A stretch of 60,025 nt of DNA from a virus (lineage: Duplodnaviria; Caudoviricetes). Made by a program: the position numbers and the translations under genes. The stretch spans positions 1-60,025 of the IMG/VR virus record IMGVR_UViG_3300009136_000006; one strand, 5' to 3'. The notes under the pieces were generated by a model. That model had not been told where the DNA came from and did not search any database. It saw only the letters and a list, made by a program, of their open reading frames with translations. Below, piece by piece: positions 58,522 to 60,025 of the stretch (within the stretch, counting starts at the first letter, position 1; every line of letters starts with the position of its first letter).

Positions 58522-59685
58522 ATGTCAGCAATTTATATCATAACGCACACGGATCCAGCAGTAGGTGCAATTACAGTCGCTCCGAACAAGTTTGATGGAC
58601 CAGAATCAACATATGGTGAAAGTACTAACCTTACTTTGTATGGTGCTGGATCGTTGCAATACGGTTCAGAATTCAACGAAAACTTTGTAAAGCTGCTGGA
58701 AAATTTTTCCAGTCCAGGAATTCTTGCTGGAAGTCCACCTTCGTGGGTTCCTGCAACTCTTGTTGGTAGCCCTGGAACTGAAGTCATTGCTGATGTTACT
58801 ACGAATTACTTTAATCCAGCAACAGTTCAAGTTGGACAAACTTGGTTTAACTCTTCAGCTCAAAAATTGATGGTATATGATGGAACTGACTGGATTGTTA
58901 ATGGTCGTGTTTCATCAGGACCTCAAGCACCAAGCGGAAAACAGATTGGTGATTTGTGGTTTGACACTAGCGCAAATGCACTTAAAGCATTAGAATCTAC
59001 TGGTCCTGATGTTTGGTCTGGTGTAGCTGGTGACTATCTTCTTAAAGCTGGTGATACGATGTCAGGCGATCTTCAGATGTCATCGAACGAGGTGCTTGGA
59101 TTGCCTGCATCTCCTTCAGCAACTGGTGCTGCTTCAAAAGAATATGTTGACACACAAGATGCACTCAAACTTAATTTAGCTGGTGGAACATTGACGGGAG
59201 ATTTAACTCTTGATGGGGATCCAACATCAAATCTTCATTCTGCGACAAAACAATATGTAGATACAGGAACAGCTTTATTGCAAAAAGTTTATCCGCTTAA
59301 TTCACTTTATATGTCAGTCGCATCTACAAATCCTAACACTATTCTTGGGTTTGGAACTTGGACAGCAATATTAGGACAATTTTTGGTTGGAACTGGTGAT
59401 AACGGAGACGGATTTAACTATGGATCTGGTGGTGCTACTGGTGGTGATAAAGATGCGGTTGTCGTATCTCACAGTCACGGATCCGCTGGATCTCACACCC
59501 ACTCCACTTCAGGTGGTGGTACACCAGCAAATACAGGAGCGAGTGGTGACACGAAAGCAGTACTTGACCAACCTGGCAATACTGGGTCGTCTGGATCTCA
59601 CACTCACCCATCAGCTGGTGTGTCTGGAACTGATATGAACATTCCACCATATTTTGCAATTTATATTTGGCAGAGAACAGCATAA
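58522..59685 (+). CDS. tail fibre / baseplate wedge-like protein
   Basis: YG...NENFVKLLENFS, GQTWFN, ATKQYVD, YPLNSLYMS...NP.T.LGFGTW, HSH/HTH tip, NIPPYFAIYIWQRTA; start moved to ATG 58522 (AAGGAG RBS). Confidence 0.8.
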   Translation: MSAIYIITHTDPAVGAITVAPNKFDGPESTYGESTNLTLYGAGSLQYGSEFNENFVKLLENFSSPGILAGSPPSWVPATLVGSPGTEVIADVTTNYFNPATVQVGQTWFNSSAQKLMVYDGTDWIVNGRVSSGPQAPSGKQIGDLWFDTSANALKALESTGPDVWSGVAGDYLLKAGDTMSGDLQMSSNEVLGLPASPSATGAASKEYVDTQDALKLNLAGGTLTGDLTLDGDPTSNLHSATKQYVDTGTALLQKVYPLNSLYMSVASTNPNTILGFGTWTAILGQFLVGTGDNGDGFNYGSGGATGGDKDAVVVSHSHGSAGSHTHSTSGGGTPANTGASGDTKAVLDQPGNTGSSGSHTHPSAGVSGTDMNIPPYFAIYIWQRTA

Positions 59686-60025
59686 TGACTACACTTTACG
59701 TAATTTCACATACAGATACTGCATTAGATGATATTGTTATAAACAGAACATCAGAAAATGTAGATACAAATTTAAGTTTATATGGTTCGGGTAGAATTGA
59801 ATATGGTGAAGGATGGGATACAAACTTTCTTCATCTTCTAGAAAATTTTTCAAGTACAGGAGTGCAAGCAGGAAGTCCTCTTGCATATGAACCAGATCCA
59901 GCTTACTTTGATAAAGCAAAAGTTCAAATTGGACAAACTTGGTATAATAAATCAATCGATAAATTGATGGTATATGATGGATCGTCTTGGATTATTAATG
60001 GGCGAGTTTCATCAGGTCCTCAAGC
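59685..60025 (+). CDS. paralogous fibre protein, truncated by window end
   Basis: manual translation MTTLYVISHTD...NLSLYGSGRIEYG...FLHLLENFSSTGVQAGSPLAY...GQTWYN...NGRVSSGPQ. Confidence 0.8.
   Translation, partial: MTTLYVISHTDTALDDIVINRTSENVDTNLSLYGSGRIEYGEGWDTNFLHLLENFSSTGVQAGSPLAYEPDPAYFDKAKVQIGQTWYNKSIDKLMVYDGSSWIINGRVSSGPQ

Noticed and set aside
1-60025. Stop-codon reassignment, as in some jumbo phages
   Set aside because: Core genes are full length under the standard code, and TAA, TAG and TGA all end genes at sensible positions.
1-60025. tRNA or rRNA genes, introns and inteins in terminase, recombinase or helicase
   Set aside because: No cloverleaf or T-loop motifs noticed in intergenic gaps, and these proteins are of normal length with continuous motifs.

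Overview
This window is a 60 kb, AT-rich segment of a large dsDNA myovirus, probably a jumbo phage distantly related to T4, using the standard genetic code. 1-24.6 kb is the morphogenesis core: baseplate-hub/tail chaperone pair, tape-measure-like protein, portal, prohead protease, scaffold, major capsid, neck gp13/gp14, tail terminator, sheath, tube, gp4-like nuclease and terminases. 24.7-27.7 kb is an early island driven by sigma70-type promoters, encoding an HD alarmone-hydrolase-like protein and an HD-polynucleotide kinase. 28-44 kb holds accessory virion and fibre proteins. 44-58 kb is a recombination/replication block (gp32, UvsX, UvsY, UvsW, clamp loader, a DnaE fragment, a GroES-like protein), followed by more fibre genes. 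Two promoter classes are visible: GTTGAC-N17-TATAAT (early) and NATAAATA (T4-type late). The most unusual signals are: (1) a Gly-Ser-Pro tag found 19 times in 11 virion proteins, encoded by varied codons and not seen in the non-structural proteins, suggesting a virion-wide modification site; (2) a compact array of CsrA/RsmA-binding GGA hairpins plus a terminator after the tail tube gene, a candidate phage-encoded Csr sponge RNA; (3) a kissing-loop RNA leader ahead of the SSB gene; (4) a -1 slippery site fusing the two tail/baseplate chaperone ORFs; (5) a split DnaE. All family calls come from motif recognition by eye, not database searches.
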